DNA from: Candidatus Thorarchaeota archaeon
GTDB lineage: Archaea > Asgardarchaeota > Thorarchaeia > Thorarchaeales > Thorarchaeaceae
Direction: 5' to 3'
DNA: 39,493 nucleotides
Assembly (NCBI GenBank): GCA_048882485.1
Contig: JBHLRP010000029.1
Coordinates: forward strand, 1-39,493
In this document: piece after piece, positions 7,501-16,883 of the stretch
How positions within the stretch are numbered: the first letter of the stretch is position 1
Layout of the letters: each line of letters starts with the position of its first letter
The notes under the pieces: model-generated
Database searches by the model: none
The model's input: the letters and a program-made list of their open reading frames with translations, nothing else
Told to the model about the DNA's origin: nothing
Made by a program: the position numbers and the translations under genes

Positions 7501-10440
7501 GTAGAGATTGTGGTCAGAACCTTCAACAAAGTACATCCCATCTCTACTGCTCCAGTACCAGTTCGAAACGTTCAGCATCTTATCTGCACCGTATCTCATG
7601 AAATAGCCTATATTGTTGAAGTCTACCTCGACCTTGTCATATAGCTCAATAACGCTATTGCCCCAATAATATTCGAACCCACCTTGGTGTATTCCACCAT
7701 AGATATCGATCCAATAATTATAGGAATTAGTGCCATCAAACCAACCCCAATCGTAACTCATTGCTGTAAGGAATGAGTCTCCGAACAAAGATGTGACATT
7801 GTAGATGTAAACGACGTCTGTGTAGCTGACATAGATCTTTGTGCCATTCATTAGCTCATAGAAGTAGACATCTTTTCCAGTTGCTGGATCCATGTGACTA
7901 TAGAAGAACATCTCAGTCCAAGTAGTCCCACAGCCGGGGTCGAAGTTCTCTCGAACCTTGATTGGTAGCTTCTCGTCGTTGATAACGATGTATGGGCTTT
8001 CCTTTCCAATCATGAAGTCTGAACTCAGAGTTCCATTGAAGAAGGCAAGCTGGTTCTCAACTACTGGATCCATGTATACCTTATCACCGAAGTAGTCAAA
8101 GCTGTAGACCCATTCGCGGTCCCAGCTGAGGACCTCATGCTCGCCGTAGTTGCTTGAATAGTCCTCAAACCAGGTGTTGTTCATAAAGGCAAACTCCCAC
8201 CAGTAGTTGGTATCAGGTACATGAGGTGCCATCACAACATCAAACTCCAGGAAGAAGTCGCCGCCGTCGGTCCAGCTAGAGAATCCGGATGTTGTGCAGA
8301 AGTCTGCAGCAACCTCAGTTTCAGCGCTCTGGTATGGGATGTATTCGGTCTGCCATTCACCAGTAAGCTGGTTATAGTACCACCATTGCCAATGCCAACC
8401 TTCAATCTCGGCCCAGACCCATTCTTGGTACTCACCGTAGGTCCACGCCCAAGTGTTAGTGTCCTCATTGTATTCGTCATGCCAACCTGTGACATTGGAG
8501 TAGACATAATCCATGTACATACCCCAAGTGTAGTTGTGTTTCTCGGTGAAGTTGAACGCCCTCAATCTGGGACTTCCATCAACACCCATCTCAATCTCGT
8601 ATGTGAGCTCTGACCAACCATATTCTTCCTCTGTCCAGTAGCCATCATAGGCCCTAAGCATAAGACTGGCAGCGTCGATGTCATCAGCAATGTCACTACC
8701 GCCCTGAAGCCTTCCACGGACCTTGAATGGATCACCCTTGTCTACCTGGAACATCCATCCAGAAGGCTCAGAACCGTCGGACTTTAGGAGTCTGGCAATG
8801 GTCACAGGGGTCTCAATGGTGATTCGCCTAGCCATTTGATACTCGCTCTCAGTCTGGCGTGGTCTCTCACCACAAGTAGCTGGGCCATAGTACCAGTTGT
8901 CAGGACCAACAACTCTGTCAAAGAACTCGAAGTACATGCCTTCACCTGTCTTTGGCATCTTGTCTGTGAAGTGGCCGACGAAGTCTACTACCAGCTCGTT
9001 ATTTATCACCTGAGCGGTGCTCCTTGTCGTGTTGAGGTCGAAAAACACTGGAAGGTCCGCGGGGATAGGTTCTAGAACCATAATCTCCTCGTTCCAGTCC
9101 CATTCATTGATTATGTAATCATGTGGATAGCCATAGTAGGTGTATCCGTAGTAGCTCTCAAAGGAGGCAGTTGTCTGATTATAGATGTAGAAGAATTGGC
9201 GCTCGATCCAATAGGTCTCATTTGCCAAATACTTGTCATATGTCATTGTGACATTATTCCAATCCTCACGAATGACAGTCACATTGACTTCTTCAGAAAT
9301 GCCAAGCGATGTGTATTGATGCTGCTCATATGGGCCAAAGACCTGTTGCATGTAGGTCACCTGCTTGGATGCATTCCAGAGATATGTCTGCAAAAGAGCA
9401 GCATACTCCCAAGCACCCGTAGTGGTGACCATTTCATCATGCCAACCTGTGACATTAACAGTGACATACATATCATAGGGCATTCTGAAGCTAAGCATTG
9501 CATACTCAATGTCACCAGAGATGTTGAACCTCATCTTGAAGTCCGTACCCCTTGCTACTGAGTAGAGGGCATCTCCGGCCATGTCCAGCTTCTGAAGTGT
9601 GTAAGATCCTCCATAGGATGTAGCCCAAGCTATATCAGCATGCATTCCCACTGCTATTCCTGTGAACTCCCAGCCTGAACCGTAGTTGTAGGAACCAATC
9701 CAGTTCCACTGGTCATCCTCTACATTCATGTTCAGCTCATAGAGACCCAATGGGGCTTCATCATTGAAGCTCACAGCAAAAGTCAGATAGTATGCATCAG
9801 GATCACTTGTCATGGAACAGAAACCCGGATAAATGTCAATGAAACTCGGCATTGGTGGCGGCGGCTCATAGGGATCAATTGGATCAATCGGATAGGGCTC
9901 CTCGGTGTAGTTCCACTGACTGCTATATGCCCACCAATGATTGTCGATGTTCCAGCTGTCGTAGCTGAAATCGAAGTTTGCTGAGTAGTTGTAATCTTGA
10001 GTCATATACCATCCGTAGAACTGGACACGCCCAATGTCGGCTCCTTGAGTGAAGACGCCTCTGGGCACAGTCACCACGAACCTCAGGATCTCGCCTATCT
10101 CAGCATAGCTGTCCTTGGTCAGAAGGCTCCCATTGGCATGGAATATCTCAAATGAAGGCCTTGGACCAAACAGCCAATTCCTGTTGTTCCACGTCCACTC
10201 ATCACTAGTGCTGTTACTGTCCTGATTCCACCAGACATGGGTCCCATTCTCAGGCTCCTGACTGGTGATTGCAGATGGTGTGTAGTATAGCGGTGAAACG
10301 GCTGCCGTCATGGTGGCTGGGACAGCTGCAGTAGTTCCCGCATATGTCATTGAAAGCAGAAATAGCATAACAGCAACTAGAGAAAACAGTGCACGTCTGG
10401 ATTCTCGTCGTCGCAAATTGGTTAACTCCTTGCGCACCAT
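4564..10440 (-). CDS. Giant (1958 aa) secreted, C-terminally anchored, Trp/Tyr-rich surface glycoprotein
   Basis: Basic N-terminus plus hydrophobic signal region; many NxS/T sequons; C-terminal TM (MLMLLGGGGFVLAMIGGLV) followed by RRRRRSR. Confidence 0.85.
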   Translation of the reverse strand: MVRKELTNLRRRESRRALFSLVAVMLFLLSMTYAGTTAAVPATMTAAVSPLYYTPSAITSQEPENGTHVWWNQDSNSTSDEWTWNNRNWLFGPRPSFEIFHANGSLLTKDSYAEIGEILRFVVTVPRGVFTQGADIGRVQFYGWYMTQDYNYSANFDFSYDSWNIDNHWWAYSSQWNYTEEPYPIDPIDPYEPPPPMPSFIDIYPGFCSMTSDPDAYYLTFAVSFNDEAPLGLYELNMNVEDDQWNWIGSYNYGSGWEFTGIAVGMHADIAWATSYGGSYTLQKLDMAGDALYSVARGTDFKMRFNISGDIEYAMLSFRMPYDMYVTVNVTGWHDEMVTTTGAWEYAALLQTYLWNASKQVTYMQQVFGPYEQHQYTSLGISEEVNVTVIREDWNNVTMTYDKYLANETYWIERQFFYIYNQTTASFESYYGYTYYGYPHDYIINEWDWNEEIMVLEPIPADLPVFFDLNTTRSTAQVINNELVVDFVGHFTDKMPKTGEGMYFEFFDRVVGPDNWYYGPATCGERPRQTESEYQMARRITIETPVTIARLLKSDGSEPSGWMFQVDKGDPFKVRGRLQGGSDIADDIDAASLMLRAYDGYWTEEEYGWSELTYEIEMGVDGSPRLRAFNFTEKHNYTWGMYMDYVYSNVTGWHDEYNEDTNTWAWTYGEYQEWVWAEIEGWHWQWWYYNQLTGEWQTEYIPYQSAETEVAADFCTTSGFSSWTDGGDFFLEFDVVMAPHVPDTNYWWEFAFMNNTWFEDYSSNYGEHEVLSWDREWVYSFDYFGDKVYMDPVVENQLAFFNGTLSSDFMIGKESPYIVINDEKLPIKVRENFDPGCGTTWTEMFFYSHMDPATGKDVYFYELMNGTKIYVSYTDVVYIYNVTSLFGDSFLTAMSYDWGWFDGTNSYNYWIDIYGGIHQGGFEYYWGNSVIELYDKVEVDFNNIGYFMRYGADKMLNVSNWYWSSRDGMYFVEGSDHNLYEMVYSETDYYYHIFIEGKWQICSWPERYYIADFEGSEAMLFTYDQHRFWFHESEGIKHEMPYPGANAPWHYEMSHTISEGGFVPTTKSLLYNDKAYPVYNISLDYFADIAGATYSLDMTYVPHSVANGTDIWAPLRVGVEGVVGAFNNDLLFSEVETIQYYTPDMMGQPRWDSMHGYYVIDLFNGTKWIANYSYAMLLNEYDYSGVAFYSAQDYPYYYEDGNSSWYEYCLINGTYLEVPDFDSATRVGRHLVYTHESPMNGTVFDFMSETYLIYYWGMNVWGYTVHNASYSGTLFLNMQLGGHDVLQFDYLGTPVTATAAFESIERMRQRWGYALVYGPSPIQSDVYKNFYDLIIGVPEWGMWGLKNWDINPENGALDLDGDLDTVDDQYFVQEQYTSTDSWTHTWDRMDVHITWDPNGTIRGDEMNVNSWLGLDIFSWTYEWSQTFYWYTTDMVQLDAVEMQNVKDTLLTAEGDARPGYWDISHMAKNVTWADLVAEAEANGWDWITSNEQTWTWMSFGVGQDYGTSYDDFGTEHWARIGMHYEYSGLMIWEDLNDNGQMDVDLFDPGSGELSHYLIPDSVGSVGFVTPGQAYGNPDSQGYMHLDLLDEVTWGVNFYEINGTSFPFTLDGYWGWYDGFMTGSDLRGFDQRPTEVVIDELSFLVHFQGYIDAESLNNYADIKVDNYVGNWDVDMIGGRDNLENRSLALNYFADVNMHDFAFKAEGSVADNEMTVSADVFEFETATAQFAKMIMGGVTYDWGKNTSAPYDVVSYTTPVGTFRTAFESDNGKSATSWSFGSNMFYVTIGFPQWDGYSVYQDPVFVSYVSRAGAPELPEGMYIGPLTLDIATPTATDTVTVRVDVYSETEPIYGVDLLYGSDGENWWSDPMSKEGEYTYVGTIPPFEDQTEVYYMVMVYTQSGDYQSQVSSYIVGGRQTTYPGGFDLDMDMLMLLGGGGFVLAMIGGLVRRRRRSRTSYEW

Positions 10441-10517
10441 GACTCAAAAGGTAAAGAGACCGCAGGCCACATGCATGATAGCCTGAATCTCCACGAAGAA
10501 GCGAGCTTGGCGCGCTA

Positions 10518-10560
10518 TCAATATATATTTTAATGTATTATTTTTGAATATAAGATATTC
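10518..10560 (-). promoter_or_regulatory. AT-rich promoter region of the giant gene with a 6-3-6 inverted repeat
   Basis: ATATATAT TATA-like box at 10521-10528; GAATAT-AAG-ATATTC at 10546-10560. Confidence 0.4.
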
Positions 10561-10704
10561 TTGGACATGTATTGTTAAAATAATCAGGAATTTGTATTAT
10601 TCTAATCTTACATAGAGAGGATGAATTGACTCTCCAGGATATTATTGAAGGAAGAGAACAGGGCGCCTGCCATCGACAGGAAATGGAGCTAAGCTAAACG
10701 CCCG

Positions 10705-13506
10705 TTAGGGGAGAATTGTTGACACCCACCTCACAATGAGAGGAGTGACAAACGCTTCAATAACAGCTGAAATTAGGAGAAAGAACACGATTAGCAAGTA
10801 GATTCTCCAGGTGCGTTCGTCAGTCAGCAGCGCTCTTGTCTTTTTGGGCACATCCTCCCAGTTCTCTTGTTCTACACTTGGTGAGAGGTTCTTCGCTATC
10901 CTGAGCGAAATCGCCGCAGTAATCAGAAATGTAGGTATCTCGATTATGGCGTGTGGCACGATGCTGGACAGGAATGGTAGTGCTGATCCCGCAAATGTCG
11001 CATCGATAATGCTGATGCCTCCAACGATTAGAGCTGTGGACAGTACCTCTGCAATGGCAATCCCCATGAAGCTGAATTTGATATAGGTTAACAGTATATC
11101 TTCACGTCGAACCTCCTCACGACCCATGTATGCTCCCTTGTATATTGTCGCCAGAAACATGGGCATTATTGTCAAAGCAATTAGAGTGAATTGGTCATCA
11201 TAGATGAAATACTCCAGAGCAAAGATAGAGAGGAACAAAGGAAACCACCATGAACCAGCGCCTTTACCACTGCCTACTCGAGTTGCAATTATAATCGCAT
11301 AGAATAGAGCTAGAGCCCCAAAGACAACAATGGCACGGAGCCCCATTTGAGCAGCCAGGCTCCATGGATCCTGAACATGAAGAGGAATCATCCAATTCAA
11401 AGCAGGCGCCGGCGTAAATACACCTCTTGACATGTCAAAGAAAGTCCAGACAAAAGTCGCAATAACACCTACTCCTGCTAGCGCAAGTCCAGTTTTAGCT
11501 ACGCTTGATTCCTCAGCCGTCTTTTTGACGCCCACTAACCACAGTATTGCCGCCCAGAACATGGGTCCGAATACAAGCATGATCAGAGTACGAATTATGT
11601 TGTGCTCAGCGATAATGATGAATGGAGTGTGATAGTCCACTTCAGCAAGCCATGCCAATACTCCTTCCAATCCGTTTGGATCTCCAATCTCTGAGAAGAG
11701 AGCTGCCAATGTATTGGTGAGCAGACTTGGATCTATTATTATTGCCAAGGCAAAGACTGCCACCACAGCAATAACTAGTCCGCCCACGAACATTCCCACT
11801 GCCTGATATACATCTCTGGATTGAAGGTTTAGAATTGACTGTGATTCCTCACCTATCTCTTCACGCCACTTCTCTCGGTATTCCATGTAGTACATGATGA
11901 ATAGCGCTGTGAAGACATATGTCGGTAGATTAACAATATATTGCAGGGCCAGCCTGAAGAAGATATTCCCTGTTGGCGGTCCTATTATCGGTCGAAGTCG
12001 ATACAATAGCTCTCCATCTACAACAGCAGGAGTTGGAAGGACATTCAGCAGATAATCCATGTTTGGCAGTAGAAAATATGTTGCAACTGAAACAAAGACT
12101 CCCGCAACAAATGCATAGATTTCTGTGCTACCAATAACTTTCCATCGAAGCACATGCCCCAGAATGCCCAGAAGAAGCATAGCCGCAAATGGAATGGCTA
12201 GCATCAGTAGCGTCCAAGAAACTGGGAGGATGAGGCTATTGTTTGTGAATGGCGAAACCAGCAGGCTAACAACGTCCGAGTCAACTTGACCTGGATAGAA
12301 ACGAAACTGATTCGGATTAAGAGGGTTATTGAACGAGAAGTATAGCGTAGTTCCCATCACTCCTCCCAAGAAGGCACCAGTCACTATTGCTCCAACGCCA
12401 AGTCCACTTCCGATGCTTGATGCTCTCCTTGTTGGAGCGTCACTTACTTCATCGGACTTTCGTCCTGCGAAGGTTTCAAAGGTCCTCTTATAAAGCACAA
12501 CGGCAAAATCCTCCACTAGAGGCAGCACGATTATCGCAATCAATATTGGAGGCAGTGAGTAAAATAGACCATCTCTGAAGTATCTGATAATATAATCAAC
12601 AACTTGACCTTCGGTAAGCCCCAACTGACCAGGGCCGGTACCAATTAACTGCGGCGCAGTGAATGCATTGAAAACACTAGTTGCGATTAGGAATACGGAA
12701 AGAAGAATGTTGAGTCTAAAGAACCAGCCTAGAACGCCTCTCATCATCTCTTTTCCAAGGTCTCTCTCACCAAGATGCATTCCCGCGCCCTTTGCAATTC
12801 TGTTTGAAGCAGGATATCCAAACCTATAGATCCAAGTCAGAAAGATGAAAACCCCAGTGATATATGGGTTGACGAGAAATGATGGATCTGCTGTTTCGAG
12901 GAATGCTGTATAGGAAACAACGTCTCCCACATATGCAGCAATGGATGGGAGGAGAGTAGCAAGCCCTATGATGAGATAGTCTTTCCACGCATCACGCCAA
13001 GCCCTTCCAATAACTTCAGGATTAAGAGGTTGAGGCTCAACTCCTTCAAAGGTGATATTGTTCAATCGATCTCTGAGACCCAAGTAGCCATCGCTCTCAG
13101 GCTCACTTCCGACTATTCTTTGAATGAGATTCTTGAATCTCATCTTGAGGGGATCCTGCAATGTGAGTTTCACAGCAAGTACTCCCATCCCGAAGAGAAC
13201 GGCGAAGAATGCGACCATTATCCAGATCAGGTATTGCTGAAGTGTGTACACAAACTGGAAAATCAGGTCGATAAGGAAGATCCATGCCAGAGCAGTTCCA
13301 CCAACCTCGGTGAAGACAGGTGCACCTGCGACAGGAATGAACCAGATATAGAAGAGGTTGAAGGTGATAGTGAGAGCGTACATGAGCCCGATGAATGCTT
13401 CGATAAACCTGTTCCGCCTCTTATTGAAGAGAATCAAATAGACGACCGTCACAACAAGAGGAGACATAAACTCGAAAACTAAGGTCAGTGGCGTTAGGTC
13501 GGCCAT
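10705..13506 (-). CDS. Large polytopic membrane protein with C-terminal SpoIIM-like domain
   Basis: About 20 hydrophobic segments; C-terminal PHAIIEIP...LLISAVIEAFVTP matches the stage II sporulation protein M family signature. Confidence 0.75.
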   Translation of the reverse strand: MADLTPLTLVFEFMSPLVVTVVYLILFNKRRNRFIEAFIGLMYALTITFNLFYIWFIPVAGAPVFTEVGGTALAWIFLIDLIFQFVYTLQQYLIWIMVAFFAVLFGMGVLAVKLTLQDPLKMRFKNLIQRIVGSEPESDGYLGLRDRLNNITFEGVEPQPLNPEVIGRAWRDAWKDYLIIGLATLLPSIAAYVGDVVSYTAFLETADPSFLVNPYITGVFIFLTWIYRFGYPASNRIAKGAGMHLGERDLGKEMMRGVLGWFFRLNILLSVFLIATSVFNAFTAPQLIGTGPGQLGLTEGQVVDYIIRYFRDGLFYSLPPILIAIIVLPLVEDFAVVLYKRTFETFAGRKSDEVSDAPTRRASSIGSGLGVGAIVTGAFLGGVMGTTLYFSFNNPLNPNQFRFYPGQVDSDVVSLLVSPFTNNSLILPVSWTLLMLAIPFAAMLLLGILGHVLRWKVIGSTEIYAFVAGVFVSVATYFLLPNMDYLLNVLPTPAVVDGELLYRLRPIIGPPTGNIFFRLALQYIVNLPTYVFTALFIMYYMEYREKWREEIGEESQSILNLQSRDVYQAVGMFVGGLVIAVVAVFALAIIIDPSLLTNTLAALFSEIGDPNGLEGVLAWLAEVDYHTPFIIIAEHNIIRTLIMLVFGPMFWAAILWLVGVKKTAEESSVAKTGLALAGVGVIATFVWTFFDMSRGVFTPAPALNWMIPLHVQDPWSLAAQMGLRAIVVFGALALFYAIIIATRVGSGKGAGSWWFPLFLSIFALEYFIYDDQFTLIALTIMPMFLATIYKGAYMGREEVRREDILLTYIKFSFMGIAIAEVLSTALIVGGISIIDATFAGSALPFLSSIVPHAIIEIPTFLITAAISLRIAKNLSPSVEQENWEDVPKKTRALLTDERTWRIYLLIVFFLLISAVIEAFVTPLIVRWVSTILP

Positions 13507-13662
13507 ATCATAGCACCTAGTCTAGCTATAGAAATGAAACAAACCGGAGCTAACTCAAAAAGCTTCGTTGGACAGACTCAGGCAGTTTCTCCTTATGATG
13601 AGACTTATATACTATAGTTAATTAAGCGGACTTGCATCAACAAGTTTGGTGAGGAATGCACA

Positions 13663-14190
13663 GTGGAAATCAGTACGGAACTAGAAGAGATGATGAATGA
13701 CCAGCTCAACTTTGAGCTGTATAGCGCCTACATCTATTTGGGAATGGCCGCATATTTTGAAGATCTAAACCTCAGCGGTATGGCACATTGGATGGAGATA
13801 CAATTCTTTGAAGAATTCAATCATGCAATTCGGTTCTATCGCCATATCTTTGAACGTGGCGGAAGAGTCGATTTAAGAGAAATCCAAAAACCCCAGAAGG
13901 ACTATGCTTCAGTCCTCGAAGCCTGGGAAACCGCCTACGAGCATGAAAAGCTTGTGACCTCACGAATCTACAAGATAGGAGAATTGGCTGAGAAGGAAGG
14001 CGATCGAGCAGCACTGACAATGCTGCACTGGTTTTATACAGAACAGGTCGAGGAAGAAGAGAAGACCATGACGATTCGCGATAAGCTGAAGTTCATTGGA
14101 GATAATATTCCGGGTCTCTACCACCTTGACCAAGAGCTTGGCGCCAGGCCGCCTGTCGCGGCTCCACCAGCTGAGTCATTTGCACCCTAA
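13663..14190 (+). CDS. ftnA: Non-heme ferritin
   Basis: NDQLNFELYSAYIYLGMAAYF, EEFNHA, EHEKLVT, WFYTEQVEEE ferroxidase motifs; GGTGAGGA RBS. Confidence 0.95.
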   Translation: MEISTELEEMMNDQLNFELYSAYIYLGMAAYFEDLNLSGMAHWMEIQFFEEFNHAIRFYRHIFERGGRVDLREIQKPQKDYASVLEAWETAYEHEKLVTSRIYKIGELAEKEGDRAALTMLHWFYTEQVEEEEKTMTIRDKLKFIGDNIPGLYHLDQELGARPPVAAPPAESFAP

Positions 14191-14211
14191 ATCATCAACT
14201 CGAGATATTGC

Positions 14212-14260
14212 CCGGTTCACTGCATAAGTGGTGAACCGGCGTTATTCCTTCTTTTTCTTC
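14212..14260 (+). terminator. Hairpin plus T-rich tract after ferritin
   Basis: CCGGTTCAC..GTGAACCGG 9-bp stem (14212-14239) then TTATTCCTTCTTTTTCTTC. Confidence 0.6.
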
Positions 14261-14314
14261 AGTAGGATACTACTTATGTCACCTTTCCTTCGCATATTCT
14301 GGTGAAACCGCCAT

Positions 14315-16315
14315 ATGCTGCCAGAAGAGATGGTCGAGGCTGTCAACAGGATGGTTTCTGGGATTCGAGCGAAGGACTATGTGGCATCAATTTCGAGGTT
14401 CCATAGAATTCAAGCTAGCCCCGGGATTCTCGAAGCCATCAATTATCTAAAAGGCGAGATAGGGAAGGTCTCTAACGCAAAAGTTGAGATCTATGAATAT
14501 CCAGCGGATGGCAAACGACAGATAGAAACTTTCGTCGCGCCATTTGGGTGGTTCCCATCTTCTGGAACTCTAGAGCTCTTGGAACCTGAGCGGAAGCTGT
14601 TGGCGGATTTCAAAGCGGAGCCAATCTCACTCATTGCTCATTCAGTCAGTGCCAAGATGGAATCTGAAGTTGTCTACGTTGGCAAAGCATTGTCACATGA
14701 AAACCTGAAAGAGAAAGACATCAAGGGCAAGATAGTGCTGACAGAGAATCTAGCACGAAAAGCATTCAAACCTCTATGTGTCCTGGGCGGAGCTGCCGGC
14801 CTACTAACCTATGTTCCACCTTCAGGTCAAGACGAAATTGCTAGCCTTCGAAGATATGACGCATTTTGGCCAAGTACAGATGAAGGGAAGACTGGCGCAT
14901 TTGGATTCTCGCTACGGCAAAGGGATGGCCTGGAGATAAAGGACTTTCTCGAAAATGGGAAGACCGTCAAAGTACGGGCGAAAGTTGATGCCGCCCTTAA
15001 GACGGGGAAGACTTCGGTCCTTTCAGCACTAATCGAAGGGAAAGATGCAAACAAGGAATTCTGGCTGATCGCGCATGTCTGTCATCCTCATGAAGGAGCT
15101 AATGACAATGCATCAGGTAGCGGTGCACTCATGGAAACGCTGAGGGTGATTTCAGACATGATTCATGAGGGGATCATTTCAAAGCCCGAATGCTCGCTCC
15201 GGTTCCTATGGGTTCCTGAGTGGTCAGGAACTATTGAGTATATCCAGAACGAGAAGTCCATCTTAGGCAGATGTCTCGCAGTTCTCAATTTAGACATGGT
15301 TGGCGCTGATCCCGCAAAGTCGGGCTCAGTACTTCACTTGTTCAGAACTCCTTTCTCGTTGCCAACAACCTTCAACAATGTTGTCAGATACTGGCTTGAG
15401 AAAGAAGGAAAGCGAAAGATTGACAGATCACTAGGGGGCACCATGACACCACTTCCATTTGAGTACTCCATCTACTCTGCTGGAAGTGATCATTTCATTT
15501 TCACCGACAAAACCGTTGGGATTCCTGCGGTCATGCTAAACCAGAGCCCTGACAGATTCTATCACACATCCACGGATACGATAGAGAAAATCGACCCAAA
15601 CCAGATGGCGTATGTTTCGAGAATTGCAGTGCTATCGTCTCTCACCTACGTGCTCCCGAAACATGTTTGCAAAGAGATACTCCTTACGTGGGCAAGAGAT
15701 GAGGCTTTAGAGCTGATGCGCAAGGTTTCTCATGAAAGTGTCAGGAAGCTATCTCAGTGCTTAGGAGACCCCGAGGAGATCTATTCCAAGGCCTTGAGAT
15801 GGCTAGGTCGCGCACATGACCTGGGCCAGGCTACACTGCATGTTGCAGCTGAGGAGTGGCATCTGATTTCAGAACAGAAATCGTTCTTGGAAGCGCTCAA
15901 AACCAGTCTCAAAATGGTCTATACGACGGAGATGGTTGTGGCGAGAAAGGCCTATGAAGGCGCTTGTGTTGAGGTGGGTCTTGAAGCTCAAAAGGATGAC
16001 CAGCTGATTGTGGACACAGTTTCGTTAGGCGTTGCAGTTCGCCGCAAGGTCAAGTATCCAATCAATATTGGATACTTCAACGACAAGATGGTGCACAAGA
16101 TACCCAAATACATGGAACTTCAAAAATCACTGGACCGCTTGTATGAACGAATCGATGAGATCGTCAACCTATCTGCAGAGTATACTACTTTGGATGAGAT
16201 ATGGGACTCGCTTTGCTTCCAATTCGGAGACTTCGAAATCAAGACGCTGGTGGAGATTGTGAAAGATCTGACTGAGGCAGGCCTCATGGAATCAAAAGAA
16301 ACTGAGTCAGCTTAG
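14315..16315 (+). CDS. M28-family metallopeptidase (PA domain, DUF4910-like, C-terminal winged-helix-like)
   Basis: AHVCHP..GANDNASGS, WVPEWSGT, NLDMVG, GSDH, YHTSTD; PA-domain DIKGKIVL. Confidence 0.85.
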   Translation: MLPEEMVEAVNRMVSGIRAKDYVASISRFHRIQASPGILEAINYLKGEIGKVSNAKVEIYEYPADGKRQIETFVAPFGWFPSSGTLELLEPERKLLADFKAEPISLIAHSVSAKMESEVVYVGKALSHENLKEKDIKGKIVLTENLARKAFKPLCVLGGAAGLLTYVPPSGQDEIASLRRYDAFWPSTDEGKTGAFGFSLRQRDGLEIKDFLENGKTVKVRAKVDAALKTGKTSVLSALIEGKDANKEFWLIAHVCHPHEGANDNASGSGALMETLRVISDMIHEGIISKPECSLRFLWVPEWSGTIEYIQNEKSILGRCLAVLNLDMVGADPAKSGSVLHLFRTPFSLPTTFNNVVRYWLEKEGKRKIDRSLGGTMTPLPFEYSIYSAGSDHFIFTDKTVGIPAVMLNQSPDRFYHTSTDTIEKIDPNQMAYVSRIAVLSSLTYVLPKHVCKEILLTWARDEALELMRKVSHESVRKLSQCLGDPEEIYSKALRWLGRAHDLGQATLHVAAEEWHLISEQKSFLEALKTSLKMVYTTEMVVARKAYEGACVEVGLEAQKDDQLIVDTVSLGVAVRRKVKYPINIGYFNDKMVHKIPKYMELQKSLDRLYERIDEIVNLSAEYTTLDEIWDSLCFQFGDFEIKTLVEIVKDLTEAGLMESKETESA

Positions 16316-16385
16316 GGGTTTGGACATAAGCCACAACAGAGAAGTACTATTCTTGTAAGGGTCAGAATCAGCTATACTCAGGGGT

Positions 16386-16883
16386 GTGCTGAAACTGCAG
16401 GACAACGCAGGACTATACGGAAAAGTAGTATTTGCCGGTACGTTTGACCATTTGCATGAAGGACACAAACATTTGCTTCGTACTGCCAGCAGGTTGGGAA
16501 AGAGAGTAGCTATTGGTCTAACCTCTGACAGAATGCTTGATTCAAAATCCAAGAGGCACCTAGTCCAGAGCTATTCACAGAGACATGGTGTTTTGGAGGC
16601 ATTCCTGAGGGAGGAGCAGATCATGGATAAATGCTCTATCTTTCCGATAGAAACCATGGAAGGAGGAGCAGACGAAATGGAGGATCTCGAAGCCCTAATT
16701 GTTTCTGACGAAATAAAAGTCGTTGAGAATGCTTTTGCGATAAACGACAAGCGAATCAAAAAGGGACTCAAGCGGTTTCACACAATTGTCATTCCGAGAG
16801 TCAGGACTCCCGATGGGAGACCACTATCCTCCTCACGCATCAGAGATGGAGAGGAATTTGACTCAGACGATTTAGTCTATTAA
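16386..16883 (+). CDS. coaD: Phosphopantetheine adenylyltransferase (archaeal/eukaryotic type)
   Basis: GTFDHLHEGHK, IGLTSD, LIVSDE, LSSSRIR. Confidence 0.9.
   Translation: MLKLQDNAGLYGKVVFAGTFDHLHEGHKHLLRTASRLGKRVAIGLTSDRMLDSKSKRHLVQSYSQRHGVLEAFLREEQIMDKCSIFPIETMEGGADEMEDLEALIVSDEIKVVENAFAINDKRIKKGLKRFHTIVIPRVRTPDGRPLSSSRIRDGEEFDSDDLVY

Noticed and set aside
5872-9561. Many plus-strand ORFs opposite the giant gene (and similar shadow ORFs across the window)
   Set aside because: Antisense shadows of codon-biased genes, with no motifs.
13605-13625. Palindromes ACTATAGT and TTAATTAA upstream of ferritin as a metal-regulator operator
   Set aside because: Short and AT-rich; cannot be told apart from TATA elements of divergent promoters.
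14212-14239. Iron-responsive-element-like hairpin after ferritin
   Set aside because: No CAGUGN loop or C-bulge; the following T tract fits a terminator better.
16880-16883. Convergent genes sharing a TTAA stop overlap
   Set aside because: A common feature of compact genomes.
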